The notes beneath the pieces were generated by a model. The model was not told the DNA's origin. It was given only the letters and a program-made list of their open reading frames with translations, and ran no database searches. The translations under genes were made by a program, and so were the position numbers. Positions 26,978 to 36,608 of a stretch of 64,000 nt of DNA are shown here, piece after piece. Each line of letters begins with the position of its first letter. Within the stretch, counting starts at the first letter, position 1. The DNA is from Candidatus Poribacteria bacterium (lineage in GTDB: Bacteria > Poribacteria > WGA-4E > WGA-3G): assembly GCA_965205015.1 (NCBI GenBank), contig OZ242029.1, forward strand, positions 1,600,001-1,664,000. The letters are read 5' to 3'.

Positions 26978-28450
26978 ATGGATTCCTTTCGTTTCTTTAT
27001 TCTTCTTGTGTGTGCTGGTATTCCCGCACTGCTTCCGAGTAGTGGATTTGCGGCGGATACCCCATCTGTTCCAGCATTTCCGGGTGCCGAGGGTTATGGC
27101 GCGATGACACGCGGCGGTAGGGGTGGGGAAGTCATCGTCGTGACGAATCTGAACGACTCCGGACCCGGTAGCTTGCGCGAAGCCTGTGAAGCCGAGGGAC
27201 CGCGGATTGTCGTGTTCACGGTTTCGGGGACGATCACGCTTGAAAGTCGATTAACAATCTCTAATCCGTATATCACCATCGCTGGACAAACGGCGCCAGG
27301 CGATGGTATCTGTATTAAGAAATATCAGCTCTCAATTAATGCAAGCGAGGTGATTATCAGATATATAAGGGTGAGATTGGGAGATGAGACGGATAATGAC
27401 GCAGATGCCGTATCAGGCAGGTATCACAAGAACATCATCCTTGACCATGTATCGGCGAGTTGGAGTATTGATGAAACGGTGTCTATTTACTATTGCGAAA
27501 ATGTGACGATTCAGTGGTGTCTGGTATCGGAGAGTCTATACAATGCTGGCCACGTCAAAGGGACGCACGGGTTTGGCGGAATATGGGGATCAAATTATAG
27601 TACCTACCATCATAATCTGCTGGCGCACCACAGCAGTCGCAATCCGCGGTTTGCATCCGGTTGTGGCTATAACGATTTCAGAAATAATGTCGTGTACAAT
27701 TGGGGTTATAACAGTGCCTACGGGGGTGAGAAACGACACGAGGGCGACGATCGGTTTAACTTTACCATTGTCAACATGGTCGCCAACTATTTTAAGCCAG
27801 GACCTGCAACCCGTCCGGGCAAGGGAACGCATCGGATTATTAATCCATCATCGAGGGGGTTGGACGACGGTTTTGGAAAGTGGTATGTTGCCGATAATGT
27901 TGTTCAGGGCAACCCCGCAGTTACAGCTGACAACTGGGACGGTGGCGTGCAACCTCAGGGTGGCAGTTCACATATCGCAGGACTAAAACTTGACGAACCT
28001 TTTGATGCTATACCTATCAACCAGCAAACCGCTGAAGAGGCATATTCTGCTGTTCTTGAGAGTGTCGGTGCCTCGTTGCCGAAACGCGATGCGATAGATG
28101 CCCGCATTGTTGATGAAACCCGGAACGGTTATGCGACTTATGAAGGGGACACATACAAAAATAAGAGGCACGTACCTGATGAATCTAAAAAGTGTGGTAT
28201 TATTGACTCACAGGCAGATGTTGGTGGGTGGCCCCAACTCAAAAGCCTGCCTGCTCCACCTGACAGCGATAGTGACGGCATGCCGGACGCGTGGGAAAAG
28301 AAGTACGGGTTTGATTCGCATGACGCTTCCAATGCCGCAGAGGACGCCGACAATGATGGATACACCAACATTGAGGAGTACCTCAACAGCACCGATCCGA
28401 CGGCGTATGTGGACTATACCAAGCCCGAAAATAACGTAAACACGCTATAA
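26978..28450 (+). CDS. Secreted pectate lyase (PL1-like)
   Basis: Signal peptide; motifs PAFPGAEGYG, GGRGG, VTNLNDSGPGSLR, AGQTAPGDG, DHVSASWSIDE and SRNPR; C-terminal DSDSDGMPDAWE Ca-binding repeats. Confidence 0.9.
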   Translation: MDSFRFFILLVCAGIPALLPSSGFAADTPSVPAFPGAEGYGAMTRGGRGGEVIVVTNLNDSGPGSLREACEAEGPRIVVFTVSGTITLESRLTISNPYITIAGQTAPGDGICIKKYQLSINASEVIIRYIRVRLGDETDNDADAVSGRYHKNIILDHVSASWSIDETVSIYYCENVTIQWCLVSESLYNAGHVKGTHGFGGIWGSNYSTYHHNLLAHHSSRNPRFASGCGYNDFRNNVVYNWGYNSAYGGEKRHEGDDRFNFTIVNMVANYFKPGPATRPGKGTHRIINPSSRGLDDGFGKWYVADNVVQGNPAVTADNWDGGVQPQGGSSHIAGLKLDEPFDAIPINQQTAEEAYSAVLESVGASLPKRDAIDARIVDETRNGYATYEGDTYKNKRHVPDESKKCGIIDSQADVGGWPQLKSLPAPPDSDSDGMPDAWEKKYGFDSHDASNAAEDADNDGYTNIEEYLNSTDPTAYVDYTKPENNVNTL

Positions 28451-28543
28451 CTCCCACGGCCACCTCCACTGGGATTACTCGGTTTCTGTATCAGACAATT
28501 TTAATTCATTTGACATCTTTTGGCAAAGGAAAATTCACTTCTC

Positions 28544-30622
28544 TTACCATTGATTGGCTGCCGCCATCTTCCAACCCGTTACGTCTGCTTGGATGTCCCC
28601 GCCTCTGCTGTAAAGGCATACTCCAATATCTTCCGGCTTATGTAGTTGACTCTGTACGACTGCCTGACGTTCATTGATAAAAACTTCCACGAGTGCTCTG
28701 TCGATGAATATCCGTAAATTCAAATCCTCTCCAGTTTTCAACTCGAACGGCGCAACGTCATAAGGTTGGGATTGGGATCCTCTGTAGGGTTCTGTCGCTT
28801 CTTTACCATCACCCACCAAAATTGTCTTTTCGTCCGCTGAGTAGAAAATCTCCATTCCATTCCGATTATCTTTGTCACAGAACACCTTTACGCCGTAATC
28901 TCTCGCTTCGGTGGGTTTGATTGTGACATTCAATTCGACCGTATCGCCTGAGATTTCCTTTAGCCTGTAGTCCTCCCCGTCTTTAACCGTAATGTCATTT
29001 TCAACCATCTCGTTATAGCGCAGACATTCCAGCTCACGAACCGGTTTAATACGCACGATTCCATCATCAGGCAGGCTCAACTCCCACGGCAATGAGAATA
29101 CGCAGCTCCATAAAGTGCTGCCAAGGTTAACCTGTATATTGGTAATGACGACTCTGCGTCCGTCTGGTGTGAGGAAGGTTTTGGGTGCCCAATAGATAGG
29201 GATTCCGCGATAATTGTTGCTCCAACTCATCTTGGTATGGAATTCAGGTGTGAATTTGTTATTCTTCCATTCACCGAGATAGTACCGCGCCCCCCAGCTG
29301 TGGCTGATAAGTAGCATCATGTGCTTGTTGCCGAGTTTGAAGAAATCGGTGCAGGAATGATCGTGATGCTCAAGTCCCGGTAACTCTTTCGTCATAAATT
29401 CACCCAGAAATTCCCATTTCTTAAAGTCTTTAGAGCGCATCAGCGTCGTCCTTTTATACCAAGCACCCAATCCTGGTCGGGTATCCTCCATGGCGTGATC
29501 GCCGGAAAATATGTAGTAGTAATCTCCCTCAACCCAGGCTGTTGGATCCCAAAATACCCAATAATCGGCATCCCGTGCTTCTTGCGGCACCGCAATCTCA
29601 ATCGGTTGAGACCAGTCCTCCAGATGCTCATCGGAAGCCTCGACATAAGTCGGACGCCCGCCAAATATGCCGACAAAGATAACTTTCTTACCGTCTTTAG
29701 TGATAATCGTACCCCCCGTACCACAACCGCCACTGCCCAAGGCACAGTCCCCACGTCGTCTCCAGTGAACAAGGTCGGTACTCGTGAAGTGACCGAAGGC
29801 GTGCTCATCCCCTTTGCACATATAACCGAAATGATACTGACCTTTCCAGTAGATCATAAAATTGGGATCGGTCGAATAGTTCCTTTCGTTATCACCTTCG
29901 GAGTTAACCAAGTGATATGTCGGGCGACTCGGGTCGTGCATCAGTCGTTGACGAAAATCACGTGCAATACGGACGGCTTCGTTGTCCAAGGTGAACATGT
30001 GTCTGTCGTCTCGATCGAAAACGATATATGGGTCCTCTTCACTCTGTTTTATCGCTGCAATGTTTTTAAACTCAGGAAATTTTCCGGCTTGATCTACCCA
30101 CCAACCATCTTTTGAGAAGTCATACCAGCTGAAGGGTTGAATTGTAGAAGGTTGGTTCGGTCTCAGCTCCTGGATCTGCGCTTGCGTCAACGCCTGTGCA
30201 TAAATCCGAACGTCCTTGATTTTCCCCTTGAATGATGTGGTGTAGTTAGGATTTAGATTGACGGATCCGATGACCAGTTGTAGATAGGGGCTGTTCAGAA
30301 AATCAAACGGCTTTTCGATGGTATAGCTGGCGTACACTTCCCCATCGCGATAAATGGTGACTGCGTTGTCCTTGTAAACGGCGGCCATCATCATAAACTG
30401 TCCGAGTACAATTTCCTGCACCGAATTTTGCGCGAGGTGTTCCGGATTTTGCGTGCGAGTGTTGTCATCGCTGGCGGTAGACCACTTACCTGGCGCATCT
30501 TGCCCAAAAGCGAGCGCGTCATACTTTTCCGCCGCCTGCACGGTAATCACGCTGCAGTGCTTTGGGGTTTCTTCATCGAAACAGAACCAACTGACGAGTG
30601 TCTTGTCCGTCGTTGTGAACAT
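28544..30622 (-). CDS. Glycoside hydrolase family 32-like protein with N-terminal LamG-like domain
   Basis: Motifs RPTYHL, 'TDPN', 'HFTSTDLVHW', 'WDP' and 'SCTDFFKLG'; C-terminal LRIFIDRALVEVF. The N-terminal part has 'IYRDG...FKGKIKDVRIYAQAL'. Confidence 0.78.
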   Translation of the reverse strand: MFTTTDKTLVSWFCFDEETPKHCSVITVQAAEKYDALAFGQDAPGKWSTASDDNTRTQNPEHLAQNSVQEIVLGQFMMMAAVYKDNAVTIYRDGEVYASYTIEKPFDFLNSPYLQLVIGSVNLNPNYTTSFKGKIKDVRIYAQALTQAQIQELRPNQPSTIQPFSWYDFSKDGWWVDQAGKFPEFKNIAAIKQSEEDPYIVFDRDDRHMFTLDNEAVRIARDFRQRLMHDPSRPTYHLVNSEGDNERNYSTDPNFMIYWKGQYHFGYMCKGDEHAFGHFTSTDLVHWRRRGDCALGSGGCGTGGTIITKDGKKVIFVGIFGGRPTYVEASDEHLEDWSQPIEIAVPQEARDADYWVFWDPTAWVEGDYYYIFSGDHAMEDTRPGLGAWYKRTTLMRSKDFKKWEFLGEFMTKELPGLEHHDHSCTDFFKLGNKHMMLLISHSWGARYYLGEWKNNKFTPEFHTKMSWSNNYRGIPIYWAPKTFLTPDGRRVVITNIQVNLGSTLWSCVFSLPWELSLPDDGIVRIKPVRELECLRYNEMVENDITVKDGEDYRLKEISGDTVELNVTIKPTEARDYGVKVFCDKDNRNGMEIFYSADEKTILVGDGKEATEPYRGSQSQPYDVAPFELKTGEDLNLRIFIDRALVEVFINERQAVVQSQLHKPEDIGVCLYSRGGDIQADVTGWKMAAANQW

Positions 30623-30636
30623 AAGGCGTATACCTC

Positions 30637-33390
30637 TTAGTCTTGTGCGCTGTAAAAAATCGCATTGAAAAGCAACTTAAAGGTCCCGTGAGATTGTCCG
30701 CGATGCTGGGGTTTGAAACCGAAAAGAATCACGCGCCCATCACCCAAGGTGACTTCCAGAAGTGCCGCTTTCTTGCGAATCCGTTTCTCTCCCTCGAGCC
30801 AACCGCTCATTAACGGATTGAACTCAGGATAGGTCGCTATAACCTTCGCGCCACCCCGTCCGGCTTCAAAGACAGGTCCAAATTTAAAAAAAATTGCCAT
30901 CTCTGTGTCCAGTCCATGCCCGATGGGGTGTGTCGTATCTATCCGAACTCGTAGCAATGAACCGGGGCAGAAAAACGCCCCTTCCTTCGGTTGATGCTCT
31001 TTCTGGACCACGTTGACAATGCCCTTTTCACCGAGTCCGAAGTATTTCAAAGGGAGTTCTGACGCACGATTCAAGCAGATAAGCGTGCCGCCGTTCTCCA
31101 CGAACGCTCGTAAATTCGCCAACCCTTCTGTTCCGATTCCACCGACATACTCCGGTGGTAGTTTCCCTGTTGAATGCCCGTTAAGAATACCGGAAGCACC
31201 CAGATCCGGCAGAATTATTGCATCGTAACGCGCCGCCAAATCCCCCGCACGCATTTCCGCGTTCGTGAGAGTGCTGTAGTCGAACGCGTGTGTATCCAAA
31301 ACCCAACGTGTCCAACCTTCGTCCATGTTTGCTGTCCACGGTTTATACAGACCGAGACGTGGGGCATTTAACTTGGAGAATTCTCGACTGGAGACTTCTG
31401 CGTCGATAGAGGCATCGGCGTAGATGTGGATACCGAATTCCGATGCGAGGGCTCGTATCTCCGCTCTCTGTTGTAACGGCGGTTCTGCTGTTCTAATCAG
31501 GATAGTCCCACGTGGGAACCCGGATATTTTTGAAGTGCCACCGAGGTCTACGTCCCGTTGTGCTGAATAAAGTGTGTATCTCGGACTATTGTCTGCGAAT
31601 CTCGCTTGAAACAGACGATTGAGGACAATCGCTTCGGTGTTCGTTCGATTCTCAAACAGGTAACCCGTCGGTTCAGCGGCACCTTCTAACGTCCCTTCCA
31701 CTTCAGGAGGTGCAGTCAGTTTCCTTAAATCCGCCTCAAAAGGATGCACAACAGCGATTGTTCTCACCCCCATCTGTAAGGGCAGTGTCCAGCCCGCTAT
31801 ATCGTAAGGACGTTCGGGCGGTGATTCCGGTGAAGGACGGCGTTCCGGATAGCGTTGCACCTCAAGCAGATCCTTCGCGTGTGCCCGAAACGGTTGGGAC
31901 ATCGAAACAACGTAGGTGTCCGCGGGATAGTCTACGCCGTCAGCGACAAACAGCGCGTTCGCCTGATGAATCTCCACCCCGCCGCGTCGTAAAATATCCA
32001 ACATCTTGAGCGTTGTGTGGATGTCGCGTTGTTGTTTTGGAATTAGAAAGGCGCGCGGTGGCTCATTCTTTCCTTTCGCTATAGCATTGAGCCCCATCTT
32101 GTAAAAGTTTGTCTTCAGCGTTACCCGATGTTCCGCAGCGAAAGAGAGAATTGAGAGTGCCGCTGCCTTCTCATACTCTACGATATCTCGCAGTCGCCAC
32201 CAGCCGCCGGGCCACGGTTCAGGAAAATTTGTACGGAGTGTGTATTTATCAAGCCCGCGCCGGTATCCTTTCAAAGTGTGATGCGGTTGGAAAATTGGCG
32301 TTGCTATCTCCACGCGTGCCGCTTCCGTCAAAATGCCTACCATATTGTGGCGATAGGGGACCGTCCGAAATCCGCCGTGCCACCATGTGTCGTAGACGGC
32401 ACTCGAAAGCACGCCTGTAAACCCGTCGCTCGTCAAATCGAAAGCGAGTTGCGCACCGATGAGCGAAAGCGTCCGTTGTAAAAGCGGCGGAATATTCGGG
32501 TTGACCGGCTCAAAATAAGGGGGTATCACGAACCGGGGTCCTCGGTAACTCATCTCATGCACATCGTAGACAACCTCTGGAAACCACGCCTCATAAAGTA
32601 CCTGCGTCAGTATCTGCGTCTCTATCTGGGTCAGCATAAACCAATCGCGGTTGTTATCGTGTCCCGTATATTTATGATACAACCACGGGATTTCTGACCC
32701 TTCATAAGGTGTGCCGACAGTGCGATTATACCAATCCACCACGATGTCCAAACCGTCCGGATTCGCCGAGGGGATGAGCAGAATTATCACATTTTCAAGA
32801 ATCTCTTCGAGTTGTGGTGTTTCAGTAGTTGCGAATTGATGTACAAGTTCCATCGACATCTGTGAAGAGGCGATCTCTGTAGAATGCAAATTACAATTAA
32901 TCAGCACCACCGCTTTACCCTCTGCCGCAAGTGCATCCAATTCTGCCGCACTGTTTTCATTGATCGGTGCATTGGGCAGCGCGAGTCGTCTTTGAATCTG
33001 TTGGTAGTGTGCCACATTCTCTAAATTCTCTGGTGCGGAAATCAACAACATCAGAAAATCGTTGTCCTCTGTCGTTTTTCCAAGTTCTTCTAACAGCACC
33101 CGATCTGAATTCGCTGCCACATGCCGCATGTAATCAGAAACTGTCTGCCATCCTGCGACCTGATAGTCGGAACCGACTTGGAACCCGAGCACCTCTTCAG
33201 GAGTCATCAGTTGCGCATGTACCGGTTCCTGTAGCAACACAACGAACATTGTTATTATTAGCAACACACTGCGTATATGCCATAGGAGTATAGTATCGAC
33301 CTCCTTGTAGGAGCGAGCGCCGACTCGCGATGTTTTTCGTTGATAAAACGGAGGTATGAAATTGGCGTGAAAGAAGCCAGAGATTTTCAT
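30637..33390 (-). CDS. M14 family zinc carboxypeptidase with C-terminal class I glutamine amidotransferase-like domain
   Basis: Motifs LHSTE (HxxE), NPDG, DNNRDW, DVHEM, 'YDIAGWTLPLQMGV' and 'FVENGGTLI'. SD AAGGA precedes the ATG at 33390. Confidence 0.88.
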   Translation of the reverse strand: MKISGFFHANFIPPFYQRKTSRVGARSYKEVDTILLWHIRSVLLIITMFVVLLQEPVHAQLMTPEEVLGFQVGSDYQVAGWQTVSDYMRHVAANSDRVLLEELGKTTEDNDFLMLLISAPENLENVAHYQQIQRRLALPNAPINENSAAELDALAAEGKAVVLINCNLHSTEIASSQMSMELVHQFATTETPQLEEILENVIILLIPSANPDGLDIVVDWYNRTVGTPYEGSEIPWLYHKYTGHDNNRDWFMLTQIETQILTQVLYEAWFPEVVYDVHEMSYRGPRFVIPPYFEPVNPNIPPLLQRTLSLIGAQLAFDLTSDGFTGVLSSAVYDTWWHGGFRTVPYRHNMVGILTEAARVEIATPIFQPHHTLKGYRRGLDKYTLRTNFPEPWPGGWWRLRDIVEYEKAAALSILSFAAEHRVTLKTNFYKMGLNAIAKGKNEPPRAFLIPKQQRDIHTTLKMLDILRRGGVEIHQANALFVADGVDYPADTYVVSMSQPFRAHAKDLLEVQRYPERRPSPESPPERPYDIAGWTLPLQMGVRTIAVVHPFEADLRKLTAPPEVEGTLEGAAEPTGYLFENRTNTEAIVLNRLFQARFADNSPRYTLYSAQRDVDLGGTSKISGFPRGTILIRTAEPPLQQRAEIRALASEFGIHIYADASIDAEVSSREFSKLNAPRLGLYKPWTANMDEGWTRWVLDTHAFDYSTLTNAEMRAGDLAARYDAIILPDLGASGILNGHSTGKLPPEYVGGIGTEGLANLRAFVENGGTLICLNRASELPLKYFGLGEKGIVNVVQKEHQPKEGAFFCPGSLLRVRIDTTHPIGHGLDTEMAIFFKFGPVFEAGRGGAKVIATYPEFNPLMSGWLEGEKRIRKKAALLEVTLGDGRVILFGFKPQHRGQSHGTFKLLFNAIFYSAQD

Positions 33391-33752
33391 GATAGGTTCC
33401 TTTTCTATGGAGGTATGCGGCTTAGTTTTTTTTTATATAAATACGCTGTCCTCAGCGGATTTTGTTATTTATGGTGAATTATGAAAATAAGTTTACATTA
33501 GAAGCGAAAACCCGTACCCCTGCTGGCGAGGTTTCCTAACCTCACCAATGTAAACGTAATTGTACACTTTACTATAGTATAATCACAGCCTGTGACTATG
33601 TCAAGTGAGGGGATTCAATTGTCGGTTTTCTATCCGTTGGGTGGGATGTCGCGATTGGGAGGGGCGGAGATCGGAGTTCCCTCCTACAAGAATGGCAGTC
33701 GGCAGTCAGCAGTCAGTAATATGAACTAAATAGCCCTGATGAGCCACATATG

Positions 33753-35112
33753 GTCACTTACCCCCATTTTTTTCTGAAGGTTTGTGGTGAAAGGTTTTTG
33801 TTGTAAAAAGTGTGAGAAAGTCAGTGGGTTTATGATAAAATACCTCCTTACGGCAACCGTTTGTAATCGAGTTTACAAAACATGTAAGGAGGTATTTTAT
33901 GAAAAAGAGATACCCAAAACGGGTAAATCCAGAAACAATGATAGCACGTTTTGGAGAAATCTTCAAGTCTGTTGGTATGAAAAAACCGGTTTTTCGGAAT
34001 CTGGTGTTGGTCTTGATAGCGATCAGTGTTGCCCCGACGTTTCGGATCAATGAAATTGCGTCGCGTTTGTCGCTCGTCGTCAAGCGGGAAAAGTCGAAAC
34101 AGAAAAGGTTTCTGCGTTTCCTTGACACCCCGTTGCCTGTGGATGCGCTGAAACGTGCTTGGTTTGTGTCGGTTGTAGGTTGGTTTTCCAAGGATGCCAA
34201 CGCTCATCTGTATTTGCTCGTTGATGAGACGTCTCTGATTGCCGGGTGGAAAGCACTTGTTGTTTCGATCCCGTTTCGGCATCGTGCGATCCCTGTCTTT
34301 TGGTTCATCTATAGCGATCAACAGCTTCACGAGGGTATCTATAAGAGTCATAATGAAATCATCCAATACTTCTGTGTTCATGTTTATCAAGAGGCTTTAG
34401 GGGTCGTGTCGCGGCATCAACAACGACCTGTTCTGGTGTTTGACCGTGGTTTTGGGCGTGCGCGATACGTCATCAAGTTTCTCAAGGCACGGGATATTGC
34501 GTTCGTGATGCGTGTTGCGAGGCATGTCGGTATCAGGCATGATGGGAGTCTGAAGAAACTTGATGACCTTGAAGCGGGCTGGTATCCGTATATCCTTTAT
34601 CAGTCGCAGGAGCAGATACCGCTTCAACTTTATATCCTCAGAGACGGTGCCTTTAAAGACCCGATGTATCTTATCTCAAATCGCCTCAGTGGACATCAGA
34701 TACATCACTGTTACAAAAGACGCATGCAGATTGAACACGGGTTCCGAGATATAAAGTCGTGCTTCGGCTTTGGCAAACTCGTCTTGAAAAAACCGACACA
34801 AACGCGTCTGGATGTTCTCTGGCTGTGTGCCTGCTTGGCTTATGGATTGGTGTTTATCAGTTATGAGAAGGTCGCCTCTACACACTGGCAGAAGGCACAT
34901 AATAGTAATAACAGAAAAACTTTTTCTGTTATTACTATTATCAAACGCGTGCTCACCGACTTATGGAACCAACATTTTCTCATCTCCTTTTTCACGCAGA
35001 TACATTCCAGGGGCGATCCGCCTTGGGAAACCCTTGGAAACTGACTTTCTCGCATACAAACCTGATGGCATCAACTACAATCTACTCTCGAAAAAAAATG
35101 GGGGTAAGTGAC
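33753..35112 (+). mobile_element. IS4-family insertion sequence, 1360 bp, with 21-bp TIRs and a 10-bp TSD
   Basis: TIR GTCACTTACCCCCATTTTTTT at both ends. Direct repeat GCCACATATG at 33743-33752 and 35113-35122. Confidence 0.93.
33899..35044 (+). CDS. IS4-family DDE transposase
   Basis: Motifs LVDET, VFDRGF and the YREK-type YKRRMQIEHGFRDIK; SD AAGGAGG. Confidence 0.92.
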   Translation: MKKRYPKRVNPETMIARFGEIFKSVGMKKPVFRNLVLVLIAISVAPTFRINEIASRLSLVVKREKSKQKRFLRFLDTPLPVDALKRAWFVSVVGWFSKDANAHLYLLVDETSLIAGWKALVVSIPFRHRAIPVFWFIYSDQQLHEGIYKSHNEIIQYFCVHVYQEALGVVSRHQQRPVLVFDRGFGRARYVIKFLKARDIAFVMRVARHVGIRHDGSLKKLDDLEAGWYPYILYQSQEQIPLQLYILRDGAFKDPMYLISNRLSGHQIHHCYKRRMQIEHGFRDIKSCFGFGKLVLKKPTQTRLDVLWLCACLAYGLVFISYEKVASTHWQKAHNSNNRKTFSVITIIKRVLTDLWNQHFLISFFTQIHSRGDPPWETLGN

Positions 35113-35377
35113 GCCACATATGCACTTGACTTTTTTCTGATTTTGTGGTATTGTAATAGGTGAAATATTTTTAGGGGCGCAACGCGCCGTAGTGTACGTT
35201 ACATTCGGCATTCATGGCAAAAAGAACGCTCTTTTATCTACGTCAGGAGGAAGGGGAAGATAATGAAGGGCATTGTCTCACAATCCCACTGCTTTAGCTG
35301 TGGGTCAACCCCCGTAACGCCCGTGCTGGTGTCAAAAAAACATTTGCAATTGCCTTAGAAATGTGGTATAATTACAA

Positions 35378-35471
35378 TATCTCGTTGGCAAGCATTATCA
35401 GCGTTACCGCTTGGTAACGTGCTTGCCTCCCACTGATAAGGGGATAAATCGAGATACGAGATATACCACAA
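35378..35471 (+). ncRNA. Conserved structured 5' leader of tnpB (copy B)
   Basis: Follows promoter TTGCAA-17-TATAAT. Pairings TATCTCG/CGAGATA, GGCAAGCA/TGCTTGCC, TTATCAG/CTGATAA and CGTTACC/GGTAACG. Confidence 0.72.
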
Positions 35472-36564
35472 ATGGCACATAAATCCCATAAGATAGCACT
35501 TCGGGCTACACCCAAGGAAGACGCATGGTTTCGCAGTCAATGCGGTTATGCGCGATTTGCGTCTAACGCTGCTCTCTCTGATTTTAGAGGCGGCTTAGAT
35601 GCTGATATATTTTATTCAGGCATTGATCTCAATAATCGCTTTAATCAAAGGAAAAAAAGCGTATGAATGGACGAAAGCACAGGATCAACGTGCTGCGTTA
35701 TATGCTATTAAAAACCTCACAGGAGGTATAAACCGCTGGAAGGATAAGATCAGTGGATTCCCAAAGTTCAAAAGACGCGGGCATAGGTTATCCTATACCA
35801 CAGACGAACAATCAGTAAGAGTAGAAGGAAAGCGTATCAAGTTGCCCAAAATCGGTTGGGTAAAGATGTTTCAAGAGTTGCGTTTTGAAGGTGAGATCAT
35901 CCGTGTTACCATATCCAAGACGGCACATAGGTGGTTTGTCTCTATCACCGTTGACACAGGAACACCAACCCCCCCACGTGATATACGTGGACTCCCTGTT
36001 ATCGGCGTAGACGTAGGTATCAACTCACTTGCCACCCTTGATACAGGTAAACACTATGAGAACCCAAGACCTTTGAAACGCTATGAGCGAAAACTTGCGA
36101 CAGAGCAGCGCAAGTTAAGTCGTAAGAAGTTTCTATCCAACAATTGGTATAAGCAAAAAGAGAAAGTCGCGAAGGTTCATTACAAGATTGCTTGTATCCG
36201 AAAGGACGCGCACCACCAAGCGACCACAGAGATTGTGAATACGGCGAGTGCGATTGGCATAGAAACCCTGAAAGTTACGAACCTGCTCAAGAACAGGAAA
36301 CTTGCCAAGACATTATCAGATTCAGCCCTTGGCGGTTTCCTTGAGAAACTCAAATCCAAAGCAAAAGTGCTTGGGATACCGCTCAGAGAAGCCCCCCACT
36401 TTTTTGCTTCGAGTAAAACGTGTAGTAGTTGTGGGTATGTCAAAGACGAACTATCGTTATCGAAGCGTGTGTTTCACTGTGATTGGTGCGATACGAAAAT
36501 AGACAGGGACCAAAACGCTGCGATAAATCTCAAGAAGCTCGCCGTGGGCTACACGGAGAGTTAA
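35472..36564 (+). pseudogene. tnpB: TnpB RNA-guided nuclease, split by one extra A in an A7 run (35652-35658)
   Basis: The N-terminal HTH ORF 35472-35666 continues in the +1 frame; with A6 it reads NQRKKAYEW. RuvC residues GVDVG, GIETL and DRDQNAA and the zinc finger CSSC/CDWC are intact. Confidence 0.85.
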
Positions 36565-36608
36565 AACGCTTGTGGAGTTTGTGTAAGACCTCCACAGGGA
36601 GGCTACGA

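Noticed and set aside
35378-35471. tnpB leader as a hammerhead or HDV-like ribozyme
   Set aside because: CTGATAA resembles the hammerhead core only in copies A and B and is the covarying pseudoknot strand. The stem order resembles HDV, but P3 is 7 bp with a tetraloop and I see no P1.1 or J4/2 catalytic motif. It is left unassigned.
35645-35666. Programmed -1 frameshift at A_AAA_AAG
   Set aside because: The downstream TnpB frame is +1 relative to the upstream ORF, not -1.
36483-36608. ORF-track start of the HEAT protein at 36483
   Set aside because: It overlaps the tnpB 3' end. The native start is 35263 and the plausible current start is 36609.
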